A DNA stretch of 64,000 nucleotides from the NCBI GenBank assembly GCA_963693365.1, contig CAVNZM010000008.1, positions 186,001-250,000 of the forward strand, written 5' to 3'. The stretch is from Amoebidium appalachense (Eukaryota; Protista; Ichthyosporea). A model generated the notes under the pieces. It was not told where the DNA came from, made no database searches, and was given only the letters and a program-made list of their open reading frames with translations. Made by a program: the position numbers and the translations under genes. How positions within the stretch are numbered: position 1 is the stretch's first letter; every line of letters begins with the position of its first letter. Shown here piece after piece: positions 61,028 through 64,000 of the stretch.

Positions 61028-63004
61028 TTTTTTCTATTTTCTTTTTTTTATTTATTTATATTATTATTTTATCACGTTTTGTTCTCGGAGGGCCTTTTCA
61101 GGCCCTCTAGGGAAACTACCATCTACCACACAGCCCCGACAGTACACTAGTTAAGGTGCTATCTATGAGTTCAGCTATAGCTAAGCTAAACCATCCTTCA
61201 CAACCTAACTATAAGTACACACTTTGCCCAGGGCTACTACCCCAGCCACGCCGACAGGAGGCTCCAATCCTCCCCTCCATTCAAAACCTAGCAATAAACG
61301 TTAACCGAGGGCTCTCATTGGTCAATCTACAGTATTGGGAAGTCCTAAGTGTTGTGTATAGTATTTACGGTGGGTATGGGTGGATGATGGGGTGTGGTGG
61401 TGGTGGTGGGGGGGGGGGTTGCTGCCTAACATGATGTGTTGTTGTACGTATGTTGTGGCGATGTTTTTGAGAACTAAAAGATGGGTTTTACAGGGCACAC
61501 TGGGTCTGTGTGTGTTCCGGCAGTCAGAACAGGCTGGCCGGGTGTGTGTGGGGGGGTGTATTTGTGTGTGTCTTGGGTTTTTTGGGAGCCATACTTTTCT
61601 TTCTACGGGTGGTGGGTATATGGTGGTGTTTTTGCATTTTGGGGTGGGTGGGGGGGAGTGTTGTGTTCCGTGGGTGCCAAATTTTTGAAAAGAAAAAGGA
61701 CTGCAACTCTACTGTGATTTTTCCTAAGATGCCCGGGTGGTCGTCTTGGTGGTGCCGGTGGCTGCAAGTAGTGGGCCCACCCATCGTGGGCAGAATCCCC
61801 GTTCGACCCACTTGATGTCTTCGGGGTCTGGTGGGTCACCGTTGCCTCCTATCCAATTTATCCATGCACATTGGTCTACCACCGTGGCTGCCGTATGTTG
61901 GTGCTGTGCCGTGGGGGTGTTTGGATGACGAGTGTGCAGGACGTTGTGGATGCAGGCTGTGATGGCCGTGGTCAGGGTGGGGACCTCCCCGGCATGGGCC
62001 GGGCAGGCCCAGAGGTGGGTGGTGGTCTCAGGGTGCTGGCTGCACCGGGGGCATGTGGGCTGTGTAACGACGGTGGGGTGATCTCGGTGTAGCCGTGTCA
62101 TGGTAGGCAGCAGGGACAGGCTACGAGTGTTGCCTCTGACGGCCCCGATGGTTGCCTGTGCGGGCCCCTTGTTGAGCTTGAGGGGGTTCCGTTCGGCTGG
62201 GAGCAGTCTGGGGTCGGCTAGTATGGACATAACCTTGGCCTTGCCGGCCATATCGGTGAGGAAGTCCTTGTTCAACCGGTTCAGTGTACCGGGAATGTTG
62301 CCGGGGATACGGTGGCCTTGTAGTCGTAGGAAGTATTTCCTCCCCCCCCGGGGCCGGAGGTAGGGGGGGGGGGAGGGGGAGGGCTCTTCCTGCATTGGCT
62401 GCCTTGTCTGCCTCGTTATTCCGTTGACCGTACCGTTTGGTGTTGGATTGGTGCCCTTTCACCCACGATACCTGTACAGAGCCTGGTTGCCGTAGGGAGA
62501 GTTGGTCTCGTACGTGAGCCCATTCCACTATGTGGGGGAACTTTAGCTTGCGTCGAGGGGGTGTGGTGGGGTCCATGTTTGCCCCCCATCGGTCGACTAC
62601 TCCGAGGTTATCGAGCTTGATGTGGATGGGGGTGGTGGTGGGGGTGAGCAGGGGGGCTAGTAGTACCACTGTGAGTTCGGCTTGGGTGGATGATAGGGCC
62701 GTATGGAGCCTGGTCTTGGCCGTCACTGGTGGTGCTTTCCGGTCCGGGGTGTCCAGCACAGCCCCGGCTCCGGCCTGGGCTATCCTCCTGCCCGGGTGGG
62801 TGAGGCTGCCGTCCGTATAAACGGTGATCGGTTGGTCTGGGGGTAGCAGGGTGATTTGCGGCTGCCACTCGTCATAGGTGGTCTGGGGCACCAAGTCGGT
62901 GTAGGTGAGCCTCCGGGGAGTGGGTGGGCTCGGCAGGTCAGCCGGGTGGGCCGTGCACTTGTGTCCTGGTGGTGACCCTACCGGTGGTGGCTGCTGGGGG
63001 GGTG
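61028..63004 (-). mobile_element. 5'-truncated non-LTR retrotransposon carrying RNase H and a CCHC zinc-finger region
   Basis: 11-bp TSD GTGCAAAGGTG at 61017-61027 and 63005-63015, A-rich tail at 61028-61075 on the minus strand. RNase H motifs VYTDGS, TQAEL, KLDN, VSWVKGH, NNEADKAA. Downstream CPRCSQHPETTTHLWAC. Frameshift at a G/C run near 62360-62395; RT and endonuclease are absent. Confidence 0.93.
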
Positions 63005-63346
63005 GTGCAAAGGTGATGGTTGTTACATTACACGTTGTGCAGGCCTAGGACGCATGATACATGTTGCACCGTGCAAGTTTGCGCAACCAGGACACAACAA
63101 TCCAAGAGTCAGCCAATCCGTAATCTTGATTTTTATTGCACCAATCAGACTGCTCACAACGGGATGACGACGACCCATTTTTTTTTTCCGGCTTAGCGTA
63201 GTTTTCTCACTGTTTCGGGGTCCGGGGACTCGAGCTCTCAAGGCCTCCTACTCTGACGGGACTCTTCGTGTCGGGTTCCACGCGTACGGTCACGGGTTGG
63301 CCGCTACTAGCTATAGTTATCATATAGAGGACCTTGCCCCCCCACC

Positions 63347-63534
63347 ATGCGCTACACACAGCTTGGGGCCTGTGGCCCACGTGTTTCCGTGCTTGCGCTG
63401 GGCACGTGGCAGTTTGGCGACGGCACCCACACCTTCAGGACCCAGCAGACGCGCGAGAGCAGGGCACAGATAGTGAGGGCCGCCCTGGACGCAGGCATAA
63501 ACTTCTTCGATACAGGTGCCCCTTCCCCGCCCCT

Positions 63535-63566
<32 letters not shown>

Positions 63567-63831
63567 CCCCCTCCCCCCCTACCCTCCTCCTCCTCCCTTT
63601 GTTGCCATAATGATCGCCTGTCCTTCCCCCTGCCCGCCCCCCTTTGCTCCCAGCACTCTCTTGCTCACTGCCACTTCTACAGCCGAGGCCTATCTGGACG
63701 GGGGAGGCCGAGTGCTGCCTCGGGCAGGCACTCAGGGATTGCGGGGTAAAGAGGGCGGACATAGTGGTGGCTAGCAAACTGCTGCCTACGGCAACCATGA
63801 CGCCCCAGTACATAAGGGAGAGGGTTGACAG
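63347..63831 (+). CDS. Aldo-keto reductase, first two exons; the gene continues beyond the window
   Basis: Exons 63347-63515 and 63683-63831: MRYTQLGACGPRVSVLALGTWQFG...AALDAGINFFDTAEAYLDGEAECCLGQAL...RADIVVASK, with the catalytic D, Y and K positions present. Confidence 0.93.
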
Positions 63832-63850
63832 GTGCGTGTGTGTATGTGCA

Positions 63851-63904
<54 letters not shown>

Positions 63905-63930
63905 CGTGTGTGTGTGTGTGTGTGTCAGGC

Positions 63931-63962
<32 letters not shown>

Positions 63963-64000
63963 TGTGTGTCTGTGTGTCTGTGTGTGTGTGTGTGTGTGTG

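Overview
Eukaryotic nuclear DNA with spliceosomal introns, dense poly-G/poly-C tracts and (CA)n/(GT)n microsatellites. The gene content (SIK-type kinase, syntenin-like PDZ protein, cAMP-receptor-like GPCR) suggests a unicellular holozoan or another opisthokont; this is an inference. Genes built by hand from splice sites: the last exon of a GH3 glycosidase, an 8-exon DEDDy 3'-5' exonuclease (EXD3/mut-7-like), an intronless syntenin-like PDZ gene, a disrupted F-box/LRR gene, QCR8, a SIK-family kinase ending in a MARK-type KA1 domain, a 7TM GPCR, a secreted PAN/apple protein, a divergent MAPR (cytochrome b5-like) protein ending in a LIR-like motif plus PTS1, and the 5' part of an aldo-keto reductase. 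Mobile DNA with visible boundaries: a TTAA-flanked hairpin MITE, a complete copia-type TRIM with identical LTRs, a hAT-type element nested inside the TIR of another, and a 5'-truncated RNase H-bearing LINE whose structured 3' tail has a second diverged copy in the window. Several tandem arrays appear to be seeded exactly on splice sites or a stop codon. Most ORFs in the supplied track are artefacts of low-complexity sequence. All family assignments come from motif recognition, not database searches.
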